DNA from: an uncultured bacterium
GTDB taxonomy: Bacteria > UBP14 > UBA6098 > B30-G16
Direction of reading: 5' to 3'
Length of the DNA stretch: 64,000 bases
Assembly (NCBI GenBank): GCA_965552135.1
Contig: CBEVQY010000012.1
Span: 1-64,000, forward strand
Shown: piece after piece, positions 38,480-48,999 of the stretch
Layout: each line of letters begins with the position of its first letter
Numbering within the stretch: the stretch's first letter is position 1
Translations under genes and position numbers: made by a program
The notes under the pieces: model-generated
Databases searched by the model: none
Told to the model about the DNA's origin: nothing
What the model saw: the letters and a program-made list of their open reading frames with translations, nothing else

Positions 38480-39334
38480 CTACTGAACGATGCGGTACGT
38501 TGTGTAGGCAAGCGCTATGTCATCTTCTTCGTCGAAGCGCTTGAGGACCTTTTGTGTTACCTCGGCTTCTCGCCCGCGCCGCTGCCTCGTTTCGACCAGG
38601 AAGCGTCCCGTAAGCTTCACGCCGCTGCCGACGACAGAAACGTAGACTATCGGCGTGAAGTTCCTGTAGTGTATGAACAGCTGGTCCTGCGCCTGTTTGA
38701 GGGAGTGTTCGACCCTCTGCGGCAGATCCCCCACGACCTCCGTCATTGCGCGCTCGAGTATCTGCGCCGCCTTCTGCCAGTTGCTCTCGAAGGTGACCAC
38801 AAACGAAAGCTCCGTCCAAACGTAGGGGAAGGCTTGCGTGTAGTTGAATACGCCGTGCGTGAAGACCCAGTAGTTCGGGATTTTAACGAGCCTTCCCGTG
38901 CTCTGCTCCCCGTCGACCCAGTTGCCCACTTCAACGAGCGTGGTGGTGAGCATCGAGATGTCGACTATGTCGCCCTTTATCCCCCCGACCTCGATTCTGT
39001 CGCCGAGGTGGTAGAGCCGCGAGCCCGTTATGTAGAACCATCCCACAAGCGAAGATATTGGGTCTTTGAGCGCGAGGGCAAGCCCAGCGGAAAGCAGCCC
39101 GAGCATCGTTGTGAGCGAGCCGAGGCTTTCTGCCCAGATAAGCGCAACAACCACAATCGCCGAAACGAGCGAGATGTAGAAGATCCTCTTGTTCGTTGCG
39201 TATCGCGCCGAGGGCTCCGAGATGAACCGCTTCGTCATCCGCCTCGCAAGGACCGAGAGGATGTACACCACGAGGACGGCAAGTAAAGACCCCAAAAGCT
39301 TGCCAAGCCACGGAAGTTGTAGAACGTCGACCAT
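38480..39334 (-). CDS. MscS-family mechanosensitive channel
   Basis: AGLALALKD, GDRIEVGG, GDIVDI and KIPN motifs. Confidence 0.9.
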   Translation of the reverse strand: MVDVLQLPWLGKLLGSLLAVLVVYILSVLARRMTKRFISEPSARYATNKRIFYISLVSAIVVVALIWAESLGSLTTMLGLLSAGLALALKDPISSLVGWFYITGSRLYHLGDRIEVGGIKGDIVDISMLTTTLVEVGNWVDGEQSTGRLVKIPNYWVFTHGVFNYTQAFPYVWTELSFVVTFESNWQKAAQILERAMTEVVGDLPQRVEHSLKQAQDQLFIHYRNFTPIVYVSVVGSGVKLTGRFLVETRQRRGREAEVTQKVLKRFDEEDDIALAYTTYRIVQ

Positions 39335-39363
39335 ATTCTGCGCCCGCGGTTGCCTTGACCTGA

Positions 39364-40818
39364 CTATTTAAGCAGAGCGAATTTCCCCCAAAGCTCCCTC
39401 CCGTCGGGAAGCGTTATGCGGTAGTGGTAGATTCCGTTTGCGGGGTAGCTTCCGTCGGGTTTCGTGCCGTCCCACTGGAACATCTCCTTCTCCCCCGCCG
39501 GGAGGGTTTTCGTTATCGTCGCCACAGGCTTTAGGGCGAAGTCGAATATCGTAAGCGTTGCCTCGCCCGCAGTGGGGTTGTCGAAGACGAAGAAGATCGT
39601 TCCGTGCTGGGTTGGTGAAAACGGCGAGGGGAATGCGTAGGTTTCGCTTCGCTCGGGCACACTGGGTCTGTGGATGAGGATTGTAAACTCGTCCGAGCCG
39701 CAGGAGGGCGAGAACGCAAGCCCAAAGTCGCTGCCCACCCAAAGTCCGCCGCCTACCGAGGCGACGGATATCATCTGATCAAGCGGGAGGCGGATCTCGT
39801 CGGACACGACAGGGACATACTCCGGCGCAGAAAGCCCATCTGATCTGTAGAGTCCCTGTTCGCAGGCGAAGTATGCGGTGCTTCCGCAGAAGGCGAAGTT
39901 CCAGCACATAAGCCCCGTGGCGAGGGTGTCCCACGTCCTGCCGCCGTCGGTGGAGAAGCAGATTCCGTCGCCCTCGCTTTCGTTTGTCGACCTTGACGCC
40001 GCCCAGACGATCCTTTCGCCCGAGGGCATGTACTGCACCGCCAGTGCGACGCACCAGCTCCCCAAAAGACCGTCCTCGGGCGAGGCGCGCCAGAAGAACG
40101 TGTCCTCTATCGCGTATATCCCAAGTGCCGTTCCAACGAAGACGAGCGGCGGGTCGGCGGCGGTGTCCGCAGAAACGGCGAAGACGAGCCTGTCGTGGTG
40201 GTAGTGGTTGTCGGTGCCGAAGTCGTTTATCTGCGTGGTGTCTATCAGTGTGTCCTTGGTTACGCCGCTGTCGCCAACGCTTATGCTGTCTTCGCTGAAG
40301 ACGTAGTCCCAGAGCACGTTCGTCCACGTCTCGCCCCAGTCGGTGCTTTTGGCAAGCCCGCCGTACCAGTTGGCGGACCACAAAATTGTGTCGTCTCCTG
40401 CGGGAACGACGCAGAGGTCGTAGGAAAGCATCGCGTTATACGAAAGCTGCCAGGGGGTTTTGTGCTCCCACTCGATCTGCTCCGAGTCGGTGCGGCAGAT
40501 GAAGATCCCGTCGCCTTTTGGTATTGCCTCGCCCGCGATTTCGATATCGTGCGATGCTGCGACAAAAAGCCTTCCGAAGGCAAAGCACATAGCCGAAAAC
40601 GACCACCCCGCAAGGAAGTGGTCCCAGGTGAGTCCTTCGTCGCACGTCCGCGAAAGGCCCTCCGCAGTCGCAACCCAAACGCATCTGCCGTCTGTCGTTA
40701 TGTCGCCTATGGAGTTTGACGCAGGCGCATCGGCGGGGAGCGTGGGCGACGTGGGAAGTCCAAACGCCCCCCTCGCCAAAAGAAGCGCAAAGACTATGTG
40801 CGTTGGGCAAAGCCTCAT
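39364..40818 (-). CDS. Secreted beta-propeller protein with a T9SS-like CTD
   Basis: BNR-like STDGGRTW repeats; FPSPFSP...WDG...NGIY C-terminus. Confidence 0.75.
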   Translation of the reverse strand: MRLCPTHIVFALLLARGAFGLPTSPTLPADAPASNSIGDITTDGRCVWVATAEGLSRTCDEGLTWDHFLAGWSFSAMCFAFGRLFVAASHDIEIAGEAIPKGDGIFICRTDSEQIEWEHKTPWQLSYNAMLSYDLCVVPAGDDTILWSANWYGGLAKSTDWGETWTNVLWDYVFSEDSISVGDSGVTKDTLIDTTQINDFGTDNHYHHDRLVFAVSADTAADPPLVFVGTALGIYAIEDTFFWRASPEDGLLGSWCVALAVQYMPSGERIVWAASRSTNESEGDGICFSTDGGRTWDTLATGLMCWNFAFCGSTAYFACEQGLYRSDGLSAPEYVPVVSDEIRLPLDQMISVASVGGGLWVGSDFGLAFSPSCGSDEFTILIHRPSVPERSETYAFPSPFSPTQHGTIFFVFDNPTAGEATLTIFDFALKPVATITKTLPAGEKEMFQWDGTKPDGSYPANGIYHYRITLPDGRELWGKFALLK

Positions 40819-40837
40819 AACGCCCTCCGATGGCTTT

Positions 40838-41896
40838 TCAGTCGGGTTCCTCCAAAAGCTTTACGGTTGCGTCGAATATCTCCTGCGGCGTGAAGGCTGC
40901 CATGCACGGAAAGCTTTCCGCCTGCGGGTTGAACTCGGGATGCGTGCAGGGGAAATACCTCATTGCGTAGTCGACGTAGCAGGGCGCGCAGCTCCAGTCC
41001 GACTTTATCACAATGCTTTTCACCTTGAACGGGTAAGCCTTTCGGGGGTCTGTGTTACCGAATATTCCGACGACCTTTTTGCGCAGCGCTGAGGCGTAGT
41101 GCATGGGTCCTGAGTCGTTCGATACGACCACCGCCGCACCCTCGATCACGGCGCCGACGGTGCGGATCTTCTGCCCGCGAAGGACAACAACGCCCTCTAC
41201 GGCTGGAATGTGCCACTCGTCCGGACCGGCGTTGTAGACGACCCTAAAGCCCGCCTCGACGTAAAGGCGCATAAGCGCATCGACCGTGGAGGAGGGAAGA
41301 CGCTTCTTCTCAGAATTGGGCTTTATGAGGGAGCTTCCGTTGTGGAAGAAGATGTATTCGCCCGGGACGAGGTCGTTTTGCTCGAGAAACCTCTGCGCAA
41401 GCGCGCGGTCTTCGTCGGTAAGGTAAGCCTCAAGCGGTCCAGGCTCGGCGCTTATCCCAAACGGCTTGAGCAGGTTCATGTTGTTGTAGACGTTGTGGAT
41501 GTCCTGCTGCGCGGGGATCTTGTCGGTGTAGACGAAGTGGAAGTGCGACCAGTATCCGCTTTCGAACCTGTGCCCGATCCTCCGCCTGGCGCCTATCGCC
41601 CACGCAACCCAGTGGTATTGCCTGGGGAAGGACGGGTAGATCGTGAAGCTCACGTCGTACTTCCCCCTAAGCCCCAGAAGGAACCTGAGGGAGCGAAGGT
41701 GCCCCTCCTTCAGGAAGTTGAAGTAGATCACCCTTTTGGGAATTGGGTTTGTTTCCATGACGCCGAAGGTTCCTGCCTGAGCCACAAGCAGGTCCACCTC
41801 GAAGCCGAGTTTTTCGTGTATTGCGCGCAGAAGCGGGGTCGACATAAGCGCGTCGCCAAGCCCGGGCAAAGCTATTACTATCGCCTTCGTAGCCAT
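40838..41896 (-). CDS. GT9 family (heptosyltransferase-like) glycosyltransferase
   Basis: GLGDALMSTP; NDSGPMHYA; CAPC motif. Confidence 0.9.
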   Translation of the reverse strand: MATKAIVIALPGLGDALMSTPLLRAIHEKLGFEVDLLVAQAGTFGVMETNPIPKRVIYFNFLKEGHLRSLRFLLGLRGKYDVSFTIYPSFPRQYHWVAWAIGARRRIGHRFESGYWSHFHFVYTDKIPAQQDIHNVYNNMNLLKPFGISAEPGPLEAYLTDEDRALAQRFLEQNDLVPGEYIFFHNGSSLIKPNSEKKRLPSSTVDALMRLYVEAGFRVVYNAGPDEWHIPAVEGVVVLRGQKIRTVGAVIEGAAVVVSNDSGPMHYASALRKKVVGIFGNTDPRKAYPFKVKSIVIKSDWSCAPCYVDYAMRYFPCTHPEFNPQAESFPCMAAFTPQEIFDATVKLLEEPD

Positions 41897-42034
41897 GCTC
41901 CGAAAGATTCGGTCCTCCAAAAGATGCCCCCCAATTCCGCCTTTGGCAACACAATTCCTCAAAGCGCTTGCACCCTTGACTTTTAACACTGAAGTATTAT
42001 ATTTCAATCTGACGGTTCGAGGGGAGGCAAGGTT

Positions 42035-44476
42035 ATGCGAGGTAAGTTCGCGCTGGTGTGTTTTTTAGTTTTGTTTGGGTTGGTTTTTGGTCAATACGAG
42101 CTTAGGGAGAGCTATTACGGCGCGGGGGGTCCGGTTGGCGCAAGCGGCGGCGATTATAACCTTTGGGGCAGCGCCTTGGGACAGACGGCTGTAACGGTCA
42201 TCTCCGGCGGCTCCTACGAGGACCAGCAGGGCTTCTACCACAAAGAGAAGATGTTTTTGGTCATCTTTCGCGCCCGCGACGCCATTCGCGCAGCCATAGG
42301 TGACCCCGACTCCCTCACCGTTTGGCACGATTCCATTATGGTCAGGGTTTGGTATCGCTATCGCGGCGTTTGGCGGTGCGACTCCATCGGGAAGGGGGAC
42401 GTCGACTCAATCGTCGCCTGGGTCGATACCGTTCAGGCGGGGGAGTACAACTACTGCTATGGCATGGTTGCCATAAACAACTGCACGAACCCGGAGCTTG
42501 TCTCAAGCATTCACCGCTGGGCGCGTCCCGACAGCGCCTGGGGCACAGTCACCGAGGGCACACAGAGCGACCCCGAGACCGTCATCGTCGATTTCTGGGA
42601 GCAGTTTAAGTCGCAAAACCCGATAGTCTTTGATCCTCCAACGGGCACGCCGTGCCCCGGCGGCGGTTGCGACGGCGGCTGGGTCGACTACGTTAAGTTC
42701 AGCAAGTTCGGCGGCGACAGCACAAGAGACGCCGACCTCTACGAGCACGGTAGCACCGTCGAAATATGGGCGGACAAAGGCTGCAAGTTCGAGTTCTCCG
42801 ACACAACCACCGCCGGCTGGATAACGATATCCGACCACATCTTCGACCCTTACAGCAAATCCACAAGCAACACGATAAAATACCAGCAGCCCCTTTACGC
42901 CACGTATGCGAACGGCATCCTCTGGCGCCGCTACAGCCTTTTCGGCGTTCCCGTTTACCCTCGTGAGGACACGGCAGCCTACCGCGCATACGCCACCTCG
43001 CACGGATGCATATCGGGGACGGAGGAGCTGGGCTTCGGCGAGCAGGATATTGTCCTCTACGACGACCTCGACCCCGAATGCGACGTCCCAGCAAACGACT
43101 CCACGTGCGGAATGTGGGAGAACTGGTACAGGATCATGCGCTACTACCCCGATACCCTCTCTGGGGGCTACAGGCGCTATCAGGGTCCTGGCGCCCCGAA
43201 CAACCCCGACAGGTTCGCACCGGGCTACGGCTTTTGGGGGAACCAGATCCACTGCGACTCGATACCGTTTGACGTCTTCGGCGTGACTGTCGACACCACC
43301 ACGGGCTTTGAGGTCGCCCTCGACAAATACGAGCGCGACCTCTCAAGCGTCCTCGGCTACACCAAGTACAATATGCTTGCTAACCCCTTCTACATTACGG
43401 GCGACGCCGACACGCTCGTCGTTCCCGCGAAGTGGCAGGTCAAGCGTGTTGCAAGCGACACGCCGGGTCGCGGCATAAAGACCCTAAGCGCTCCCGCGGC
43501 CATAGACAGCGGCTGGATCGAAAGCCATATAGTTGTCTACAGGCGTGCACCGGGAACGAGCGTGTTCCAGCCCGTCAACATCCCGCTCTTCGAAACGACG
43601 CCCGACAGCGCAATCCACACGTGGGAGGGGTTCTGGTTCAACCTCGGCGATACCGCGCTCAAGTACGGCGACAGCCTCCACCTCATCATGTGGACCGAAA
43701 ACCACAGCCCCGTGATGCTCCTCTGCCGCAGAACGCCCGATGTTTCGTGGTATGTTGATCTTTCGTGCTCGGCTGGGGAGGAGGTGGACCTCCACAACCT
43801 CGCGGGGTATTCCCCCGATCCCAGGCGGAACTTCGAGGAGATGCCGCCGTTCACCTACCCGCCCGACAGGCAGGACCCGCTGCGCCTTTACTACGTTGTT
43901 GAGGGGCGAAAGCTCTGCAACGCCTTCTTCGCTAAGGAGCAGAGCCACTACACCTGGACCGTTCACCTTGAGCCCGGTTGCGCCGCCGAGGAGCACATCC
44001 GCCTGTTCTGGGACCTCTCTCACCTGCCAACGGACTACGTCGCCATCCTGAAGGTGCCGGGCGTGGGGAGTGTGGATATGCGGCAACAGGGTTACGTCCT
44101 CCTGCCGCCGACGCACGGCAAAGCCCTCGAAATGCAGCTTTATGTGTACCATATTGCCTCGCCGATCGCTGAGGGCGAGGAGCACCTGCCCGACAGGTTC
44201 TTCCTCTCACCGTCCGTCCCCAACCCGTTCAACCTCTCGACCTCGATCCGCTTCGGCATACCTGCAGGCGGCGCCGGACACACTGTCGTCGCCATCTACG
44301 ACCAGCTCGGAAGGAGGATCCGCACCCTTTGGGATAGGGACACCCAGCCCGGATACTACACCGTCGTCTGGGACGGCACCGACGACGAAGGCAAACCCGT
44401 TTCGGCGGGCGTGTACTTCTGCAGGATCATACATCCGCAGTTTACCGCGACAAGGCGAGCGGTGCTTGTGAAGTAA
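42035..44476 (+). CDS. Secreted protein with a FlgD-Ig/T9SS CTD
   Basis: Signal peptide; N-terminal GG...LGQ...GF domain; YNMLANPF; PNPFN...WDGTD...AGVYF CTD. Confidence 0.8.
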   Translation: MRGKFALVCFLVLFGLVFGQYELRESYYGAGGPVGASGGDYNLWGSALGQTAVTVISGGSYEDQQGFYHKEKMFLVIFRARDAIRAAIGDPDSLTVWHDSIMVRVWYRYRGVWRCDSIGKGDVDSIVAWVDTVQAGEYNYCYGMVAINNCTNPELVSSIHRWARPDSAWGTVTEGTQSDPETVIVDFWEQFKSQNPIVFDPPTGTPCPGGGCDGGWVDYVKFSKFGGDSTRDADLYEHGSTVEIWADKGCKFEFSDTTTAGWITISDHIFDPYSKSTSNTIKYQQPLYATYANGILWRRYSLFGVPVYPREDTAAYRAYATSHGCISGTEELGFGEQDIVLYDDLDPECDVPANDSTCGMWENWYRIMRYYPDTLSGGYRRYQGPGAPNNPDRFAPGYGFWGNQIHCDSIPFDVFGVTVDTTTGFEVALDKYERDLSSVLGYTKYNMLANPFYITGDADTLVVPAKWQVKRVASDTPGRGIKTLSAPAAIDSGWIESHIVVYRRAPGTSVFQPVNIPLFETTPDSAIHTWEGFWFNLGDTALKYGDSLHLIMWTENHSPVMLLCRRTPDVSWYVDLSCSAGEEVDLHNLAGYSPDPRRNFEEMPPFTYPPDRQDPLRLYYVVEGRKLCNAFFAKEQSHYTWTVHLEPGCAAEEHIRLFWDLSHLPTDYVAILKVPGVGSVDMRQQGYVLLPPTHGKALEMQLYVYHIASPIAEGEEHLPDRFFLSPSVPNPFNLSTSIRFGIPAGGAGHTVVAIYDQLGRRIRTLWDRDTQPGYYTVVWDGTDDEGKPVSAGVYFCRIIHPQFTATRRAVLVK

Positions 44477-44613
44477 GCCGCAGGAAGACGCGTAAACAGA
44501 GCCTCCCTATTGCTCGCGGGGCAGGGGGCTTTTCCGACCTGCCAAATTTCGCTTGAAAAAACAGGCAATCCTCGCTACATTTCTCAAATGGGGGTAACAA
44601 AAGGAGTTATGCT

Positions 44614-45777
44614 ATGAGCTTTCAGGGGAATCTTAAGAGCGTTTCCTTTCCCGATATCCTTCAGCTTTTGACCCTTTCGAAGAAGACGGGCACTCTCACC
44701 CTGCGCCGCGACAACGTCGAGAAGAAGGTTTACTTCAAAAACGGCGCCATAATCTACGCCGAGTCGACGGTGCAGGAGGACAGATTCGACAACCTGCTCC
44801 TTTCGGCGGGGATAGTAACCCTCGACGACCTGCAGAAGGCGCGCAAAGTCCAGGAGCTTACGGGCAAGGATCTTGCCTCGACCCTCGTCTACTTAAACCT
44901 TGCCACAAAGGAGCAGGTGGCGGAACTTTCGCGGAAGTACGTGGAGAACATTGTGTTTTCGCTCTTTTCTTGGGAGGACGGTGAGTTTGAGTTCGAGGAG
45001 GGTCATCTCCCCGACACCGACGTCATCGTAAGCAGCCTCAACACGATGAACATCCTGATGGAGGGGACGCGCCGTATAGACGAGTGGACGCGCATCCGCA
45101 ACGCCCTGCCTCCCGACAACGCAGTCCTCCAGGTCGCAGGGGCGATGCTATCCCAGATGAAGGAGGTGAAGCTATCACCCGCCGAAACACTTGTCCTCTC
45201 CCTCGTCGACGGCGAACGCTGCATCGCCGAAATGAGAGAAAAATCGGCTATGGACCAGCTTACCTTCGCAAAGGCTTTATATAATCTTCTTGCCGCGGGC
45301 GTCGTCAAACAGGTGGGCGTGAAGGAGTATACCCGCAAGGCTGCAGACGAACAACGGAGCGCCATCGAGGTCACGGCAGCTATATATAACCTCGCCTTCG
45401 ACCTCACCCTCGACGCCATACGCGAGAAGATGGGCAAAACAGCCGCCAGAATCGTTAAAAACACCTACACCGCCTTCAGGGATAAGTATAAAGTCCTCGA
45501 GTTCGTTGCCGTGAACGACGACGGCACCTTCGATTTCTCCAACTTCACCGAGCTTTGCACCAAGCTGCCCGAGGAGACCCGAATGCACGAGGTCTCTACA
45601 GGACTTTCGCTCTTCCTGAGCGAGCTCCTTAAGGCGGTGACCGGCACCATCGGCATAAAGCAGAAAGAGCGCCTGGCGAAAAGGATCATCGAGTCGGCAG
45701 AGCCCCTCATCAAGGAAAACGAGGAAGTGCTCAAAAAATACGGGATCCTGTCGGACTTCCTGAGGGTGGTGGGGTAG
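44614..45777 (+). CDS. DUF4388 domain protein
   Basis: QGNLKSVSFPDILQLL...KTGTL; WEDGEFEF; LMEGTRRIDEW. Confidence 0.88.
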   Translation: MSFQGNLKSVSFPDILQLLTLSKKTGTLTLRRDNVEKKVYFKNGAIIYAESTVQEDRFDNLLLSAGIVTLDDLQKARKVQELTGKDLASTLVYLNLATKEQVAELSRKYVENIVFSLFSWEDGEFEFEEGHLPDTDVIVSSLNTMNILMEGTRRIDEWTRIRNALPPDNAVLQVAGAMLSQMKEVKLSPAETLVLSLVDGERCIAEMREKSAMDQLTFAKALYNLLAAGVVKQVGVKEYTRKAADEQRSAIEVTAAIYNLAFDLTLDAIREKMGKTAARIVKNTYTAFRDKYKVLEFVAVNDDGTFDFSNFTELCTKLPEETRMHEVSTGLSLFLSELLKAVTGTIGIKQKERLAKRIIESAEPLIKENEEVLKKYGILSDFLRVVG

Positions 45778-45824
45778 AGTTGAAATTGAGGTAAGCAAGG
45801 ATTCAAGTTGTAAGGAGGGATGAG

Positions 45825-47747
45825 ATGAGAGAAGATGAGTTTGTACGTCGAGTCAGGGAGGAATTGGAAGAAATCAGAGAAACAACGGGAAGATATAATG
45901 AAGGAGATCTTTTTGCTATATGGTTTGGAAAGGAAATTCTTGGCTATGAGATGGAGCAAGTTGCTGAAACTTATCACATTGGTGGACGGGGAGATGAAAA
46001 GATAGATTTAGGAATAATTGATGACGAGCAGGAGATGGTTTTTGTGGTTCAGGCTAAGTATTCGACTGAGCCACTTAGAAGACAGTTCGGGAAAAATTGT
46101 GTTGATGAGGTTTGGCTTGCGTTACAAAAGCTGGAGCGCGAACCGGACATTGGCAACAGCCGTAGAAGAGAATTCGCCAGGAGATATCGTCAAAAGAAAA
46201 ACATAGGTTATCAGGTTAGACCTGTATTAGTTTGTTTCGGTAAACTCTCTCCCGCTGCCAGAAATTATGCTGCTAAGAAAGACATACAAGTATATGATTT
46301 TGAGCGATTAAAAGAAGAGTATGAGCGCTTAAAAAACCCTGCCGAATTTAAGACACCGCAGTACTTAAGGCTTCCGGTCACAGGAAAAAATTATTTGAAG
46401 TATCGCGATGTTTTGGTGCTAATAGCCGATGTAAATGATATATATAATGCATTCAAGAAACACGGTCCTGGACTTTTCGAGGAGAATTTACGGTATAAGT
46501 TATCGAATACCTCTAAATGGAGAATCGCTGAGGATATCAAAACAACGTTACGTGAAGCGCCAGACAAGTTTTTAGTACTAAATAATGGCATTAATATAGT
46601 TTGCAAAGAGGCTCAAGCAAAAAATAAAATGCTTATCTTATATGAGCCTCAGATTGTTAATGGTTGTCAAACAGTTTATGGAATATATGATACAATTGAA
46701 AGCTGCGGCGGACAGAAAATAAAGAATGCCTATGTGGTTGTAAAAATCGTTGAGACAACCGACAGAAGGTTGCAGGAACGAATAACGTTTGCAGCCAATT
46801 ACCAATACCCTATTTTGCCTCGTGATTTTAAATCGAACGATCGGTGGCAAGTTGCTATTCAAAGAGCTTTTAATGAAAAATTTATTTTTTATGAACGTAA
46901 GCGAGGTGAGTGGGAACTTATGGGTTGTGAGGGAAAGCGAGGTAGATTTAGGGTGCGCGGTCAAGTTTATCGTAAATTGGACAATGAGTTGTCCGGCCAA
47001 TTATATTTAGCTCTTGCTGGTGAACCCGCTGTGGCGAAGAACAAGAAAAGTTTAATTTTTAATGATCCGCAGTATTATAAAACTCTGTTTGAGTACGAGA
47101 ATAGAGATTGGTCTGAAATAGGGATTTCAGAGCCAATGCTTCGAGATGGTTTAGAAGAATTTGTTGATGACATCATCTTTGCATATGGAATTTATAAGTT
47201 CGTGTTATCTATAGGTAAATATACTTACAAGCAAAAACTTGCGCTTTTTGAGGGGAGCGATTCTAATCCTGTTTATAATGAAGTACGCAAAAAAGAATTC
47301 TTGTGTGGATATTGGAGTTTTTACGTAGTCAGGCTTTTTCATTATATTGTTGAGCGTTACGTTAGTGGCAATGACAAAAAGCGTTATGAACTTCGACGGC
47401 GGCTTATTGGCGATTATTTGAATAGTAAAGATGAACTCAGTAGGTTGTTTGAGCCTTTTAAGAAGATAGCTCAGTATTTCCATGTCGATGAAAGTTTGCA
47501 ACGTGCAGATATTCTTGATCCCGATTCTCCGTCGATGGAATATCCTTTGTTTGGTAAATGGTTTTCTTCACTGGAACAGATTGTATATGGGGTTGTGGCG
47601 GAAGCGATGGATAAGGATTGGAAAAATTACAACTATTTTTTCTATAAAAAGCGAGATACCCTTGAAAAAATCACAAATAAAATTTTGCAAATCATTGTAA
47701 ATAGTCAGCGGGCAAGAGAGTATTTTCCGGAAGAGTGGTCAATTTAG
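45825..47747 (+). CDS. AIPR family protein
   Basis: LFEENLRY, FLVLNNGINIV and QIVNGCQT motifs; N-terminal D...ID...QAK nuclease-like motif; low GC. Confidence 0.88.
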   Translation: MREDEFVRRVREELEEIRETTGRYNEGDLFAIWFGKEILGYEMEQVAETYHIGGRGDEKIDLGIIDDEQEMVFVVQAKYSTEPLRRQFGKNCVDEVWLALQKLEREPDIGNSRRREFARRYRQKKNIGYQVRPVLVCFGKLSPAARNYAAKKDIQVYDFERLKEEYERLKNPAEFKTPQYLRLPVTGKNYLKYRDVLVLIADVNDIYNAFKKHGPGLFEENLRYKLSNTSKWRIAEDIKTTLREAPDKFLVLNNGINIVCKEAQAKNKMLILYEPQIVNGCQTVYGIYDTIESCGGQKIKNAYVVVKIVETTDRRLQERITFAANYQYPILPRDFKSNDRWQVAIQRAFNEKFIFYERKRGEWELMGCEGKRGRFRVRGQVYRKLDNELSGQLYLALAGEPAVAKNKKSLIFNDPQYYKTLFEYENRDWSEIGISEPMLRDGLEEFVDDIIFAYGIYKFVLSIGKYTYKQKLALFEGSDSNPVYNEVRKKEFLCGYWSFYVVRLFHYIVERYVSGNDKKRYELRRRLIGDYLNSKDELSRLFEPFKKIAQYFHVDESLQRADILDPDSPSMEYPLFGKWFSSLEQIVYGVVAEAMDKDWKNYNYFFYKKRDTLEKITNKILQIIVNSQRAREYFPEEWSI

Positions 47748-47895
47748 CGTTGTCAGTGGTATGAAGTAATTGCTGAATAAACATTAAATTATGATGGCTG
47801 GGGAACCAAATCCTGTGTCACCCCAACTTTTCCCTTGACCTTTGTGTGTTTGTCTTCTTTTTTGTTTTCAAAGGAGCTTTCAGGAGGGATGAGTT

Positions 47896-48264
47896 ATGGG
47901 AAAATGGGCATGTTGGTTGTGGGTTTTGTTTGTATTCGGTTTGGTTTTCGGTCAGGCGAGCACCGCGGTGAACCCATCCGAGGAGAACTTCATCATCGTC
48001 ATCGATACCCTCTCGCTGCTTCTGCTTCTGATAACCACTTTTTTTGCGTGGGAGCTTTATAAGCTTATGCGCGGCGGTCAGCTTGCGAAGTCGTGGGGGT
48101 ATATAACCGTTGGGATCTTTGCCTTTTCGTTCGGCAAGCTTGCTCAGGTTGGCGTTGCGGCTCAGCTTTGGGAGACCCCCAAGTGGTTCCCGAACATCAT
48201 AAGTCTTGTCGTTGCGATCATGCTCGTCCTCGGGGTTTTCTCGCAGCGCAAGATGCTTGGCTGA
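47896..48264 (+). CDS. Small membrane protein
   Basis: GGAGG RBS; hydrophobic N-terminus plus three TM segments. Confidence 0.65.
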   Translation: MGKWACWLWVLFVFGLVFGQASTAVNPSEENFIIVIDTLSLLLLLITTFFAWELYKLMRGGQLAKSWGYITVGIFAFSFGKLAQVGVAAQLWETPKWFPNIISLVVAIMLVLGVFSQRKMLG

Positions 48265-48268
48265 TTGT

Positions 48269-48823
48269 ATGACGCGCCAAGAGGCTATAGAGCTTGTTCG
48301 TCGGCACGTTCGGAGTGAGAATTTGGTCAAGCACATGATAGCCGTTGGCGCCGCCATGAGGGCGCTGGCGGAGCGCTTCGGCGAAGATCCAAACCTCTGG
48401 GAGCTTGCGGGGATCCTGCACGACATCGATTACGACCAAACCGCAGACGATTTCCAGAAGCACGGTCTGGTCTCCTACGAGATCCTTCGCGACCTCGGCG
48501 TCGACGAGCGCATAGCCCGGGCTGTCAGAGCGCATCCTGCCCACAGGGAGTATCCTCCAAAAGAGCTTATCGACTGGGCGCTGCATGTGGTCGACCCCCT
48601 GACGGGGCTTATTGTGGCTTCCGCCCTGATGCACCCCAAAAGGAGGCTTTCCGCCCTCGATGCCGATTTCGTTTTGAGGAGGTTTAAGGAGAAGCGTTTC
48701 GCCGCCGGCGCAAACAGGGAGCAGATAAAGCTTTGCGAGGAGAAGCTTGGCATACCGCTGCGCGAGTTCGTTGAGGTCGTCCTGCGGGGGATGCAGAGCG
48801 TGGCGGATGAACTTGGTCTTTGA
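48269..48823 (+). CDS. HDIG/HD-domain hydrolase
   Basis: LVKHMIAV, GILHDID, DPLTGLI and FAAGANR motifs. Confidence 0.9.
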   Translation: MTRQEAIELVRRHVRSENLVKHMIAVGAAMRALAERFGEDPNLWELAGILHDIDYDQTADDFQKHGLVSYEILRDLGVDERIARAVRAHPAHREYPPKELIDWALHVVDPLTGLIVASALMHPKRRLSALDADFVLRRFKEKRFAAGANREQIKLCEEKLGIPLREFVEVVLRGMQSVADELGL

Positions 48824-48853
48824 CGGGAGGTCGCTTCCGGGGAAAATAAAAAC

Positions 48854-48937
48854 TGCCGGGGGCGGGATTTGAACCCGCACAGGCTTACGCCCACTAGCCC
48901 CTCAAGCTAGCGCGTCTGCCAATTCCGCCACCCCGGC
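48854..48937 (-). tRNA. tRNA-Leu(GAG)
   Basis: GCCGGGG acceptor stem; GGCGGAATTGGCAGAC D-arm; CTAGC-TTGAGGG-GCTAG anticodon arm; long variable arm; GGTTCAAATCC T-arm; CCA not encoded. Confidence 0.95.
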
Positions 48938-48999
48938 GACCTCAATCTATATCTAAGGGCAGAAGGGGCGCGTGTCAAGTTAAAAAAGAGGTTTTAGGG

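Noticed and set aside
48854..48937. tRNA-Leu as the integration site of the AIPR insert
   Set aside because: No duplicated tRNA 3' end found, and two host-like genes lie between them.
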